DNA of 49,751 nucleotides from the IMG/VR virus record IMGVR_UViG_3300037692_000257, positions 1 through 49,751 of that record. One strand, given 5' to 3'. A program made the translations under genes and the position numbers. Below are positions 9,289 to 19,025 of this stretch, piece after piece (position 1 is the first letter of the stretch; every line of letters begins with the position of its first letter). The notes under the pieces are model-generated. The model searched no databases. It was not told the DNA's origin and saw nothing but the letters and a program-made list of their open reading frames with translations. This DNA is from a virus (lineage: Duplodnaviria; Caudoviricetes).

Positions 9289-9450
9289 TGATCGCCGGAT
9301 CGGTAACCGGACGTGCAGCCATAGTGGCCCCCATGATGGCGAATGATTGCCCCGCGATCGTGCGCTCGGCTCGGTTGACCGATCAATGACCCCGGACCAA
9401 TGCCCGGGCGCATGCTGGCACCGGGGCAGTCTGAACAGGAGGGCAGGGGA

Positions 9451-9810
9451 GTGGGCAAGGATCTCGTGATCGTCCGGAGCTACAAGAGCAAGAACCAGCC
9501 GGCGGCCGCGCGCGAGTTCGCGAAGGATGCCCGGAAGCTCGCCGCGCAGGGCTACCGGCCGGTCGCCCAGAGCTGGGAGGAGGGCAAGACCGGGATCGCG
9601 CGGCTGATCGTGACCGCTGGCACGTCAGCGTTCGCGTTCAAACCGAAGGGCTCCCTGAGCGTCACCTACCAGCTAGAGGTCCCGGTCGCGCCGGTCGTCG
9701 TCCAGGCCGTGGCCCCGGTCGCGCTATCACCCGCGCCCGTCGCCTCGGCGAAGGAGCCGAAGCCCCAAAAGCCCGAGGGCCCGCGCGTCGAGGGCGAGTA
9801 CTGGCGCTAG
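9451..9810 (+). CDS. Hypothetical protein co-oriented with the repressor (119 aa)
   Basis: CAGGAGG RBS, GTG start, typical codon usage. Confidence 0.7.
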   Translation: MGKDLVIVRSYKSKNQPAAAREFAKDARKLAAQGYRPVAQSWEEGKTGIARLIVTAGTSAFAFKPKGSLSVTYQLEVPVAPVVVQAVAPVALSPAPVASAKEPKPQKPEGPRVEGEYWR

Positions 9811-10016
9811 CCCGCCGTCTCCTCCGCAGCCGCGGCCCCCTCGGCCGCCCGCCGGTAGGCGAACTCGCGGGCGAGCGCGACCGGGTTGGCCTTGTGCCTG
9901 CGGGCCAGGTCGACGAGCTCCTCGGCCCGCTGTTCGAGCAGGGCCGGATCGACGTCCTCGACCTTGAGGCCGAGCCGGATCCACTCGTCGCGGACCTTGA
10001 TCGCCGCTGATCGCAT
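9807..10016 (-). CDS. Hypothetical protein (69 aa), last gene of the late operon
   Basis: ORF following the tail protein gene. Confidence 0.6.
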   Translation of the reverse strand: MRSAAIKVRDEWIRLGLKVEDVDPALLEQRAEELVDLARRHKANPVALAREFAYRRAAEGAAAAEETAG

Positions 10017-10025
10017 GGCCAGATC

Positions 10026-13000
10026 CTACGGCATCTCTTCCAGCGTGTACGTGGCGCGCCAGACGAGGCCCGCCTCCTGGATGTCGAGATCCCAGATCAC
10101 GATCAGGTAGGGCTGCGTCGCGACCTTGAGCCGGGCGGCGCTGACCGAGATCAGGTCGTCGACCTGGCGGGCGAGCAGGTTCGGGAACTTCTGCGAGCGG
10201 CGCAGCTGCGGCCGGGCCCGCGGATCCTTGTAGCGATCGACGAGCGCCGGGCCGACGACGTCGGGAACGATCCGGTCCGTGAAGAACTGCCCGCCGCTGA
10301 TCGTCGAGCCCGGGCGCGGCTCGTAGCGATCGACGCTCGCCTCGTCGCTGTAGTACTCGGTCCCGCCGGCGAACACGACCGGCACCACGTTGATGATCGC
10401 GCGGCGGTCGAGCTGCCAGGGCGAGAGGTCCTCGACGCCGCCGACGCCGGTATCGACGATCGTCTCGGCGATCGCCTTGTCGGCCAGGTCGTCGCGGCTG
10501 CCGACGACGTACTCGTAGAACGGGTCGCTCATCGTCGGGCGGGCGTAGTGGCGCGACAGGGTCAGCCTGTTGAGCTGGGTCAGGGCCCCGAGCCCGGTGC
10601 CGGCGAGCGACGCCGCGGTCGAGTACACGTCGGTTTCCGCGGCCAGCGACCAGTGCGTCATCTCGAAGTCGTCGGCCGAGCTGCCGGGGATGACCCGGAT
10701 GCCGTCGAGCAGCACGGTCCGCGCCGTGGCGTCGGTCTGGTAGACGTAGAGCACGAGATCGAACGCGACATTGGCCGAGCGCTCCGCCGATGGCGTCCAG
10801 GTCACCGTCACCTGCGTCCAGACACCGGCCGTGGCCGTGCCCGTGGCGGCCGTCGGCTCGTCGAACGTGCCATCGCCCTTGTTGGCCGCGAAGCCCACCT
10901 TGTACGGCATGTTGGAGCTGGGCCGGATCCAGACGCTGGCCGTGAACGCCTGCGCCGGGAGGTAGGCGCCGATGTGGTTGAAGTCGTAGACCCGTCCGGC
11001 GCCGGCCGTGGCCGGGGTGTCGAACGACTGGCTCTTGCTGCCGTACTTGGCGGTGGCGCTGAGCGTCCGGTTCCCGGTGAACGACCCGCCGCCTCCCGGA
11101 CCCGTGTCGGCGTACACCGGATCGACGGCCGACGTGGGATCCCGCCGGAAGACGGCCGCCCCGTCGATCATCGTCGTGGAGCCGTCCATGAGCTTGACGT
11201 ACAGGTGGGCGTCGGTTCGATCGGCGGTCGGCGTCCAGCTGACCGCGATCTGCTGGTAGTTGGTGCTGGTGGCGATGCTCGCCGATTCGGCCTTGTCGGT
11301 CGGCGTGCCCTGCGAGCCGATGCCGACACGCAGCGAGCCCGCGCCGGCGGACACGCGGGCGTAGACGAAGGCGCGGTACGTGACCCCGGCGACGAACGTG
11401 CCGCTGATCGCGTAGAACGCGCCCGAGTTGGGCGCACCCGCCACGTCGGCGCGGGCCGTGCCGTACTGCGGGCTCGATGCGACCCGCGTGATCGAGGTCG
11501 CCGCCCCGACGAACGCGTCGCCGGCGACCGACCAGCCCGTGGTGTTGGTCTCGAACGACGGGTTCCCGACGAGGTTGGTCCAGCCGTCGTACCAGCCGTT
11601 GAGCGCGCCGCCGTCGAACGACCCATTGCCGCACCAGTTCGGCCAGCGCCCGCTGCCCGTGTCGCTGTACGGATGGAGCGCCTGCCCGCGAGTCACCATC
11701 GCGCCGTCGACGCGAACGGTCCCGGCGCCCGACGATTCGATCCACAGAGCGAGCGCCGAGCTCGCCGCCTCCACGGTCGCCGGCATCGTGTAGGTCAGCG
11801 TGAAGCGCTGCCAGGCGGTCGTGACCGTCACGTCGCGCTCCGCGTTCGCACTGCCCGTGCCGAAGTCCGTGCCGAGCCCGATCCGCCAGGTCGCGCTGCC
11901 CGCGGTCGTGCGCAGATACACCGAAAGGCGATAGACCTGGCCGGCGAAGAAGACGGGCGCCAGGCGCACCGAGAGCGCGAGCTGGCGCGCCCCCGTCAGC
12001 GCCACGAACTCGCCGCACGCCGAGCCTGCCCCGGCCGCCGCGTCGGTCGTAATCCGCGAGACCGTGTCGGGGCTGCCGACCGACCAGCCGGTCGTGTTGG
12101 TCTCGAACGACGGGTTGGTCAGCAGGTTGCGCGTCCCGCGCTCGAGTTCGTCGAGTACGGCGACGCGCATGTCGTGGGCCGAGCGCTGGACGAAGTCGTG
12201 GGCGGCGACGACCACGTCCGTCTCCTGATAGCGGCGCAGCTGGTCGTAACAGACGACCTCGACGTCGTAGCTCAGCGGGATCGGGCTGATCCGCTCGATC
12301 CGCCCGAAGAACAGGGGGTAGTCGACGCCGAGCCAGGTCGCGTACAGGTGGACCGGGCGCCCCGGGATCAGCAGGCCCTTCGTCGGCGCCTCGAGGTAGG
12401 CATTCACGCTCGAGCCCGGGTTGATCTGGACGCGGTCGATCCGGACCGTGGCGGCCGCGGCCGCGTTGGTCCGGACGAAGAACACGACGTTGTCGTGGTC
12501 GGCCGACGGCGTCCAGGCGAAGCTCTTGGCCGCCCAGCTGGTCGTGATCGCACCGCTGGAGAGCGCGAGGTCGGCGGGCGAGCCGCTCGAGGCGAGGCCG
12601 GCCTCGACGCTCGTCGCGCCCGACATGCTCTTGAGGTAGACCTCGATCTGATAAGGGACGCCGGCGCGGAATTTGTGCGGGATCTCGTAGGCGACGCCGG
12701 CGGTGAGGGTCGCCGGCAGGACCGCCTCGCCGGCTGAGCTGCCGGCCGACGGCGCGTTGTCGACGACCTTCGCGATCGACGTCCCGGCGGCGAGCAGCGA
12801 CGCGATCGCCGTGACGGCCCAGCCGGTCGTGTCGACCTCGAAGCTCGGGTTGTCGTGCCAGTTGCGGTCGGGGGTGAAGCGCCCGGTGTCGTTGCGCAGG
12901 CGGAAGGTCCGCGAGCCGATCGCGTCGCCGGCATGGTCGGTCGAGCGCCCGCGCGTGAGGCGATCGCTCAGCAGGTAGCTGGAGACGTCGTCGAGCGGGT

Positions 13001-13865
13001 CGGTGAAGGCGCCGCTATCCCACCAGTCGACGCGTCCCGTGACCGTCGGAACGCCGGTATCGGCCGGCGGGATGGGCGATGCGGCGACGTCCGTGAGCGT
13101 GAGCGAATCGCTCGAGACGAGGTCCTGATTCGTGATGTCCGTGGTAACGGTGGGCGAAACCTCGGTCAGGGCGATCGACTCGTCCGGCGTGGTCATGATC
13201 GTCTGGACTTCGGCGATGGCGAGCGCGTCGGTGCCGGTCTTGTCGGATCCGGACACTGGGGTGGCTTTCAGGATGATGATGGCCGCATCCCAGCCCGCCG
13301 ATTCCGCGAGAGTCCAGCCCGCCTCCGCCGCCGTGGCCGCGGTCTGGATCTTGTAGGCGGAGTGGCAGCGGATGGTGCCGCTCGACGCGACGTCGAGGCC
13401 GGTGAACCCGCCGCTGGGGCCGGCGGACAGCCCCGCGCCGGCGCCCACCATCCCGACTGCGACGTTGTCCGCGGTCGTGGGCGTGGCCGAGCCGGTCGTC
13501 GGTGTCGTGCTGCCGGCCCCGCCGTCCCAGTTGTTGTTGGTGGTATCCAGCGGGCTAGTCTCGAGGCCACTGAACTCGGCCAGCGTCGCCATCTCGGGAC
13601 CACCGGCGGCGTTGAACGTGATCGTGACATCGGTGACCGCGCTGGCGTTCGGGCAGATCCAGATTTCAGCGAAGTAGTTACCGCCCGGAGACGCCTTGGC
13701 GAGCGACCATGTGCCTCCGCCCGCAATGCTGGCAATCCCGCTCGTGCCGCCGCCGCCGACCCAGCAGATCACGAGGCAACTGCCGGCCGTGGTCGTGGCC
13801 GGCGGGGTCAGGACGAGCGTCGAACCACTCGCCGCCGCGTTTTGGGCCTGCTGAACGAAGGGCAT
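10026..13865 (-). CDS. Large minor tail/tail-tip protein with repeated carbohydrate-binding-like modules (1279 aa)
   Basis: Repeated NPSFE(V/T)(D/N)TTGW and NGSFDG starts typical of CBM4/9-like jelly rolls; hub-like segments (FRLRNDTGRF, LFFGRIERI); downstream of the tape measure gene. Confidence 0.8.
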   Translation of the reverse strand: MPFVQQAQNAAASGSTLVLTPPATTTAGSCLVICWVGGGGTSGIASIAGGGTWSLAKASPGGNYFAEIWICPNASAVTDVTITFNAAGGPEMATLAEFSGLETSPLDTTNNNWDGGAGSTTPTTGSATPTTADNVAVGMVGAGAGLSAGPSGGFTGLDVASSGTIRCHSAYKIQTAATAAEAGWTLAESAGWDAAIIILKATPVSGSDKTGTDALAIAEVQTIMTTPDESIALTEVSPTVTTDITNQDLVSSDSLTLTDVAASPIPPADTGVPTVTGRVDWWDSGAFTDPLDDVSSYLLSDRLTRGRSTDHAGDAIGSRTFRLRNDTGRFTPDRNWHDNPSFEVDTTGWAVTAIASLLAAGTSIAKVVDNAPSAGSSAGEAVLPATLTAGVAYEIPHKFRAGVPYQIEVYLKSMSGATSVEAGLASSGSPADLALSSGAITTSWAAKSFAWTPSADHDNVVFFVRTNAAAAATVRIDRVQINPGSSVNAYLEAPTKGLLIPGRPVHLYATWLGVDYPLFFGRIERISPIPLSYDVEVVCYDQLRRYQETDVVVAAHDFVQRSAHDMRVAVLDELERGTRNLLTNPSFETNTTGWSVGSPDTVSRITTDAAAGAGSACGEFVALTGARQLALSVRLAPVFFAGQVYRLSVYLRTTAGSATWRIGLGTDFGTGSANAERDVTVTTAWQRFTLTYTMPATVEAASSALALWIESSGAGTVRVDGAMVTRGQALHPYSDTGSGRWPNWCGNGSFDGGALNGWYDGWTNLVGNPSFETNTTGWSVAGDAFVGAATSITRVASSPQYGTARADVAGAPNSGAFYAISGTFVAGVTYRAFVYARVSAGAGSLRVGIGSQGTPTDKAESASIATSTNYQQIAVSWTPTADRTDAHLYVKLMDGSTTMIDGAAVFRRDPTSAVDPVYADTGPGGGGSFTGNRTLSATAKYGSKSQSFDTPATAGAGRVYDFNHIGAYLPAQAFTASVWIRPSSNMPYKVGFAANKGDGTFDEPTAATGTATAGVWTQVTVTWTPSAERSANVAFDLVLYVYQTDATARTVLLDGIRVIPGSSADDFEMTHWSLAAETDVYSTAASLAGTGLGALTQLNRLTLSRHYARPTMSDPFYEYVVGSRDDLADKAIAETIVDTGVGGVEDLSPWQLDRRAIINVVPVVFAGGTEYYSDEASVDRYEPRPGSTISGGQFFTDRIVPDVVGPALVDRYKDPRARPQLRRSQKFPNLLARQVDDLISVSAARLKVATQPYLIVIWDLDIQEAGLVWRATYTLEEMP

Positions 13866-13868
13866 CGC

Positions 13869-15173
13869 CTAGACTGCCATCCCGGCGACGAACGCGAAGA
13901 TTTCGGTGTCGATGTTGCCGTCCCAGCGGCTGCGGAAGATGACCTTGCTGCCGTCGCGGCTCGCCGAGGCGTGGGGCGACGCAGCGTAGACCCCGCCCGC
14001 ATTGGCATGATGGAACCCGAACACCTGGACGCCGGTCCCGTCCGTCCGCGCGGCGACGAGCTGCCCACTCCCGACAAGGCCCGCAAGATCCTGGTTGCAC
14101 GACAGGTACGCCCAACCCGGACGGTCGTAGTTGGTGCACGACACGTGCCCGACGCCGAACACTCCACCCGCGATGCTGATCGACGTCGGCGCGATCGTCT
14201 GGTCGAGCAGGCGCATCGAGCGCGTCGTCGCGAAGTCGGCCGCGACGAACACGACGATGTCGTCGCCCGAGGCGTCCCGGCCCGGGTCGTGGTGCGGCCG
14301 GTTCGTCGTGATCTGGTAGCGCGGCGACATGTCGGACGCCCGATACAGCCACGTCCCCTGGTTCGTGCCCGTCCCGTCGACCCCGTGCGCGACGATGACG
14401 AAGGTGCCCGAGCGGCTGACCGAGCAGTTGTTGGCCCCGCCGCCGCCGATGTTGCGCGTCGACACGATCGCGTCCGTGACCGGGTTGTAGACGATGATGT
14501 ACCAGTTGCCGGTCGCCGTCTCGCGGGCCTGGAGAGCGGTAAGGGTGTCGTCGTCGCTGATGTTGCCCTCGTATCCTCCGTTGGTCATCGAGTCATATCC
14601 CGCGAACGTGCGGATCGTCGTCCACGAGTCCGAGGCGACCGAGAATTTGCGGAACAGGTTGGGGACGTTGGCGCCCCACATCACGTCCTCGTCGACGTTG
14701 GACCACATCGGGTAGTCGACACCGGAGGCGTGCGAGCCGAGGTCGGCATAGGTCACGCCATCGAGGAAGCGGAAGCCGCCGCTGCCGGCGCCGACGGTCT
14801 GCAGGAAGATCCGGTGCCCGCTCCTGCTCCACAGCTGGTGGCGCGGGTAGTCGGGCGTTCGCTCGTGGACGTTCGTGATCCGCCTGATCTCCGTAGCCCA
14901 CGTCGAGTCGGTCAGGCCCGGATCGGCGAGGTAGCCCGGTCGCGCGTCCGCGTTGATCGCGACATAGGTCAGCGACGTGTCGGGCGGGTAGGTCAGATCC
15001 GGCGGCGAGCCGGCTTGGTAGGTCCGGGTGAGTTTGACCATCTCAGTTATCCGGAGGGAATCGCCCGCCCGTCGCGCCGTCGGCTTCCGCTTGCCCCTGC
15101 CGGGCGGTCGGCCGGCGGCCAGCCCCAGAGCGGTGAGCCCGCCGAGCGCGAGGAACGACCGGCGGGTGAGCAT
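13869..15173 (-). CDS. Predicted beta-propeller protein with twin-arginine (Tat) signal
   Basis: N-terminal MLTRRSFLALGGLTALGLAA; TolB/WD40-like repeats (WSRSG, VSRSGT, ASRDGSKVIFRSRW). Confidence 0.7.
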   Translation of the reverse strand: MLTRRSFLALGGLTALGLAAGRPPGRGKRKPTARRAGDSLRITEMVKLTRTYQAGSPPDLTYPPDTSLTYVAINADARPGYLADPGLTDSTWATEIRRITNVHERTPDYPRHQLWSRSGHRIFLQTVGAGSGGFRFLDGVTYADLGSHASGVDYPMWSNVDEDVMWGANVPNLFRKFSVASDSWTTIRTFAGYDSMTNGGYEGNISDDDTLTALQARETATGNWYIIVYNPVTDAIVSTRNIGGGGANNCSVSRSGTFVIVAHGVDGTGTNQGTWLYRASDMSPRYQITTNRPHHDPGRDASGDDIVVFVAADFATTRSMRLLDQTIAPTSISIAGGVFGVGHVSCTNYDRPGWAYLSCNQDLAGLVGSGQLVAARTDGTGVQVFGFHHANAGGVYAASPHASASRDGSKVIFRSRWDGNIDTEIFAFVAGMAV

Positions 15174-15185
15174 GCGGTCCCACCC

Positions 15186-15665
15186 TCAGCTCGCCGTCAG
15201 CGCGACTTCGAGTGTCCAGACGCCCGAGGTCTTCGTGCCCAAGGATTCTACTTTTCGGTTGAGCATCGTCCCGGCGGTGCTGGCGTTGAACACGGCCCAC
15301 TCGTTCCACGCGAAGTTCGCCTCGCCCGTGGCGTACGAGCTCTTGAAGCTGACCGTCTGCCCGGAGCGACTCGGGAAGGTCGCCTCCATCGGGTTGCGGA
15401 GCTTGTTGGTCGCCGCCTGGAGGTCGGTCTGCGTCGCCGCCGCGGCGGTCGAGCTGTCGCCCACGCCGATGTGCGCGTTGGCGTTGCTGAACGCCGTCCC
15501 GCCGGCGGCGATCCCGAGGTCCCACAGGAGCTGGAGGCCAGCGTTCATGCCGAGATTGCCGTCGATCACCCGCTCTTCGTACGGCTCGTCGCGCGCGGCC
15601 GCCGCCTCGTCGATGTACTTGCGGAGCGTCGTGACGCAGCGCCAGCCGATCTTGTCGTTCGCCAT
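15186..15665 (-). CDS. Virion structural protein (tail-collar/fibre-anchor-like, 159 aa)
   Basis: IGVGDSSTAAAATQTDL and ANFAWNEWAVFN motifs seen in tail-associated proteins. Confidence 0.65.
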   Translation of the reverse strand: MANDKIGWRCVTTLRKYIDEAAAARDEPYEERVIDGNLGMNAGLQLLWDLGIAAGGTAFSNANAHIGVGDSSTAAAATQTDLQAATNKLRNPMEATFPSRSGQTVSFKSSYATGEANFAWNEWAVFNASTAGTMLNRKVESLGTKTSGVWTLEVALTAS

Positions 15666-15794
15666 CTAGGTCTCTCCCATCGAGATGCCATCACTGGTCT
15701 TGATCTCGCGCGCCGGCGGTTCGGGCGCGGCCGGTGGCTCCGGCTGCTCCTCTGGCTCGTCGTCGTGCTCCGCGTCGCGCGGTTGGTCTGTCAT
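15666..15794 (-). CDS. Acidic/Pro-rich microprotein (42 aa)
   Basis: GAAGGAG RBS; manual translation MTDQPRDAEHDDEPEEQ... Confidence 0.5.
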   Translation of the reverse strand: MTDQPRDAEHDDEPEEQPEPPAAPEPPAREIKTSDGISMGET

Positions 15795-15807
15795 CGAAGG
15801 CTCCTTC

Positions 15808-18800
15808 TCATGCGCCCGCCCGCCCGTCGGCGCGGGCCAGGGCCGGCTGGAGCTGCTCGGCGAAGCGCTGCATGAAGTCGCCGTAGGGATCCATGACCGG
15901 GCCGTTGAAATCGACCTGTACCTGGTAGATCACGGTCGTCCCGCCGCCGCCGCCGCCTCCTCCGCCACCGCCGCCCGACTGCATCGCCTCGTTGAGCTCG
16001 GCCGGGATGACCGCCTCGCCGCGGTGCAGGAAGGCGAACTGGTCCTCGGGCACGAAATTGGTCCCGACCGCGTAGGAGGCTGAGCCGGGCTGTCGGCGTG
16101 CCGGGGCCCGAGATGCCTCTGTCCGTCCCTCGCCGAGGACCGCGTCGATGGGACCGAAGATTGCCTCGCGGAGCGAGTCGAGAAGACCGCCCAGGCCGTT
16201 GATGATGCCTTCGACGATGCCCTTGCCGAGGTTGAAGAACCCCTCGATGATGTCCGGACCGACGTCGATCAGGAACTCGGCGATCTGGCTGGGCAGCTTC
16301 CAGAACGCGTCCACCACGGCCGGGATCAGCTCGGTCAGGACCCAGCCGACGAACGCGCCGGCCCAGAGCACGAGGTTCTCGACGACCTTGGCGACGGTCG
16401 TCCCGTCGCCGATGAAGTTGGAGACGCCTTCCACAAGTCCAACAAGCGCCTCGCGCATGGATGGCAGGAGGTCGGCGCCGATCCAGTCGACGAATGCGGG
16501 CAGCCACTGGTGGACCGCGTCGGCGATCTGCGGCACCGCGGCGACGATCCCGTCGACGACGGCATCGGCCAGCTCTCCGAGCTTCGTCCCCACCTGCGGC
16601 AGCGCGTCCCCCGTCCACGAGAAGAACGCCGGGATCCAGGCCGCCATGGCGCCCGGGATCGCGCCGGCGGTCGTGGCGATCCAGTCGAGGACCTGCGTGC
16701 CGATCGGGGTGAGCGCGGCCATGATCGATTCGCCGATGGGTGCTAGCGCCGCGCCCGGATCCGCGAACATGGCCTGCAGGCCGGCCTCGACGCTGCCTCC
16801 CTGACCGGCCAGCCCCTCGCCGATCTTGCCGCCCAGGAACGACCCGATCATCGATCCGATCGTGGCGCCGACCGGGCCAGCCACGAAGAGGCCCGCCACG
16901 GCGCCGATGGCGGTCCCCACGACCGCCGGCATGTTCGCCTCGATCGATGCTCGGAAGCCGCCAGCGAAACCCTCGGCCAGGCTGCGCCCGGCCGCCTCGC
17001 CCGCGCCAGTGGCGGTATCGCTCATGATCGCCATCAGGTCGGCGCCCGGCTCGAGCACGAACGGATCGGTCGGCTGCAGCGCTGTGTCGGCGCCGGCGGC
17101 GCCCTTGCCCTTCTTGGGCGTGGCCGCCTTGACCGCGCGATCGATCGCGGTCTTGATCTGGCCCCACGCGCGGCGCTGCTCGGCCAGCGCGTCGGCCTGG
17201 CTCTCGTAGACGTCGAGCTGCTCGCGCAGCGGCTCGAGCGCGGCCTCCTGGGCCGCCTCGATCGCCTTGATCTGGTCCTCGAGCGGGATGGCCGCGGCCT
17301 CGCCCATCAGCTGCTGGCGCTGCTCCTCGAGCGAGATCGCCTCCTGCGCATTGCGGTTGGCCTCAATCAACAGGTCGATCGCCTTGACCGCCTCCTCGTT
17401 GCCGAGCGCCGCCAGGCGCTGCTTGCGCAGCTCGATCTCCTCGAGCTCCAGCGCGATCTGGCGCTGGCGGTCCTCGCTGGTCAGCGTGTCGGTCAGCGCC
17501 TCGGCCTGGCCGCGCAGCGGGTCGAGCTGGGCGGCGAAGCTGTCCTCGATCGCCTCCATCTCGCGGCGGACCCTGTAGGTCGAGCGGTCGAGCTCGCCCA
17601 TCGCCCGGTCAATGTTGTAGATCGCGGTCTCGACGCCGCCGCTGGCGCCCTCCAGTCGCTTGAGGTGGCCGGCGGCCCGCTCGGCGATCTGCTCGAAGGC
17701 GCCGAGATCCGCTCGCGAGGCGCCCTCCGCCCAGGCCTCGATGACCGCCTGGCCGCCGGCGTCGACGCCCGACAGCGGGCCCATCGGTGGGGGCGACGCG
17801 CCGATCAGGAACTGACCGGCGATCGAGGCGACATACTCGACCGCGGCGGCGACCGCCGAGCGGCCGCCCATGATGATCCCGTTGGCGTACTCGACCATCG
17901 CGCCGTAGCCCGCCGCGCTGAGCTCGCGGCCCCAGCCGCGCAGGTAGGCCAGCGCGTCGTCGGTGCCGCGCTCGATCGAGTCGAGGATCGGCGCGAAGAT
18001 GTCCTGCGGCCGCCCGGCGGCCAGCGAGCGCCAGATGAAGGCGAGGACATCGGGGATCGCGCCCAGCGCGTCGACCACCCGCTGCGTGCCCCCCGCGACG
18101 CGGTCAGCCCATTCGCTGAACCGGTCGGAGCTGACGAACTGGCCGAGACTGTCGGCGAGGTCGCTGACCGATTCGAAGGCCGGCCGGAACGCGCCCGCGA
18201 TCGCGATCTGGACGCTGTCTTTGATCGTCGACATGGCGCCCGCGAAGGTGTGCGACTGCTGCTCCATCATGCCGCCGAAATTGGCGGCCGCGAAGTCGCT
18301 GAATGCCCGCAGGAAGACGTCGGCCCCGATCTTGCCCTCCTCGGAGAGCTTGCGGACCTGGGCGACGGTCATGCCCATCTCTTCGGCCAGGATCCGCCAC
18401 GCCGGGATGCCCTGGTTGGCCAGCTGCATCATGTCCTGGGCGGTCACGCGACCGATGCCGCGCATCTGGCCGAGCGCGCGGGTGATCATGTCGACCTGGG
18501 TGGATCCGCCGCCGAACGCGGCGACCGTGTCGCCGATGCGGTGCAGCCAGGGCAGGAGCTCGCGCGTCTCGAAGCCCCACGCCTTCATCAGCCGGGCCGA
18601 CTGCAGGAGCTCCGGGAACTCGAACGGCGTCTTCGCCGCGAAGCGCTGGATGTCGTCGAGGAGATCGTTGGCCGCCTCGGCCGAGCCCGTCATCTGGGTG
18701 AAGGCGATCTGGCTCTGCTCGAGCTGGCTGTTCATGCCGATCAGCGAGCCGCTCAGGAAGTCGGCCGCCTTGGCGGTCGCGCCCATGATCACGTTCGCGC

Positions 18801-18963
18801 CGATGAAGCCGAGCCCGGTGCCGACCGCGCGCTCGATCAGGCTGGCGTGGCGCTGGACGTTGCCGCTGACGCGCTCGACGCCGCGGTCGATCTGCGACAG
18901 GCCGCGCGTCGCAGCGCCGATGTCGGAGCCGACGGTGATCCACAGCCTCGCGGCTTCGCTCAT
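15808..18963 (-). CDS. Tail tape measure protein (1051 aa)
   Basis: Tape-measure domain (IQRFAAKTPFEFPEL...LANQGIPAWRILA), coiled coil, Trp-periodic amphipathic repeats; follows the chaperone genes. Confidence 0.95.
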   Translation of the reverse strand: MSEAARLWITVGSDIGAATRGLSQIDRGVERVSGNVQRHASLIERAVGTGLGFIGANVIMGATAKAADFLSGSLIGMNSQLEQSQIAFTQMTGSAEAANDLLDDIQRFAAKTPFEFPELLQSARLMKAWGFETRELLPWLHRIGDTVAAFGGGSTQVDMITRALGQMRGIGRVTAQDMMQLANQGIPAWRILAEEMGMTVAQVRKLSEEGKIGADVFLRAFSDFAAANFGGMMEQQSHTFAGAMSTIKDSVQIAIAGAFRPAFESVSDLADSLGQFVSSDRFSEWADRVAGGTQRVVDALGAIPDVLAFIWRSLAAGRPQDIFAPILDSIERGTDDALAYLRGWGRELSAAGYGAMVEYANGIIMGGRSAVAAAVEYVASIAGQFLIGASPPPMGPLSGVDAGGQAVIEAWAEGASRADLGAFEQIAERAAGHLKRLEGASGGVETAIYNIDRAMGELDRSTYRVRREMEAIEDSFAAQLDPLRGQAEALTDTLTSEDRQRQIALELEEIELRKQRLAALGNEEAVKAIDLLIEANRNAQEAISLEEQRQQLMGEAAAIPLEDQIKAIEAAQEAALEPLREQLDVYESQADALAEQRRAWGQIKTAIDRAVKAATPKKGKGAAGADTALQPTDPFVLEPGADLMAIMSDTATGAGEAAGRSLAEGFAGGFRASIEANMPAVVGTAIGAVAGLFVAGPVGATIGSMIGSFLGGKIGEGLAGQGGSVEAGLQAMFADPGAALAPIGESIMAALTPIGTQVLDWIATTAGAIPGAMAAWIPAFFSWTGDALPQVGTKLGELADAVVDGIVAAVPQIADAVHQWLPAFVDWIGADLLPSMREALVGLVEGVSNFIGDGTTVAKVVENLVLWAGAFVGWVLTELIPAVVDAFWKLPSQIAEFLIDVGPDIIEGFFNLGKGIVEGIINGLGGLLDSLREAIFGPIDAVLGEGRTEASRAPARRQPGSASYAVGTNFVPEDQFAFLHRGEAVIPAELNEAMQSGGGGGGGGGGGGTTVIYQVQVDFNGPVMDPYGDFMQRFAEQLQPALARADGRAGA

Positions 18964-18964
18964 G

Positions 18965-18992
18965 TTGACACGGACCGCTTCGTGTTTAGACT
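18965..18992 (+). promoter_or_regulatory. Sigma70-type promoter for the RAMP cassette
   Basis: TTGACA (18965-18970)-N16-TAGACT (18987-18992); GGGAG RBS at 19016-19020. Confidence 0.7.
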
Positions 18993-19025
18993 AGGCGCAA
19001 GCCATCTGTAGATACGGGAGAGACT

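Noticed and set aside
9101-9334. 77-aa minus-strand ORF
   Set aside because: Antisense to the repressor gene with no supporting motif
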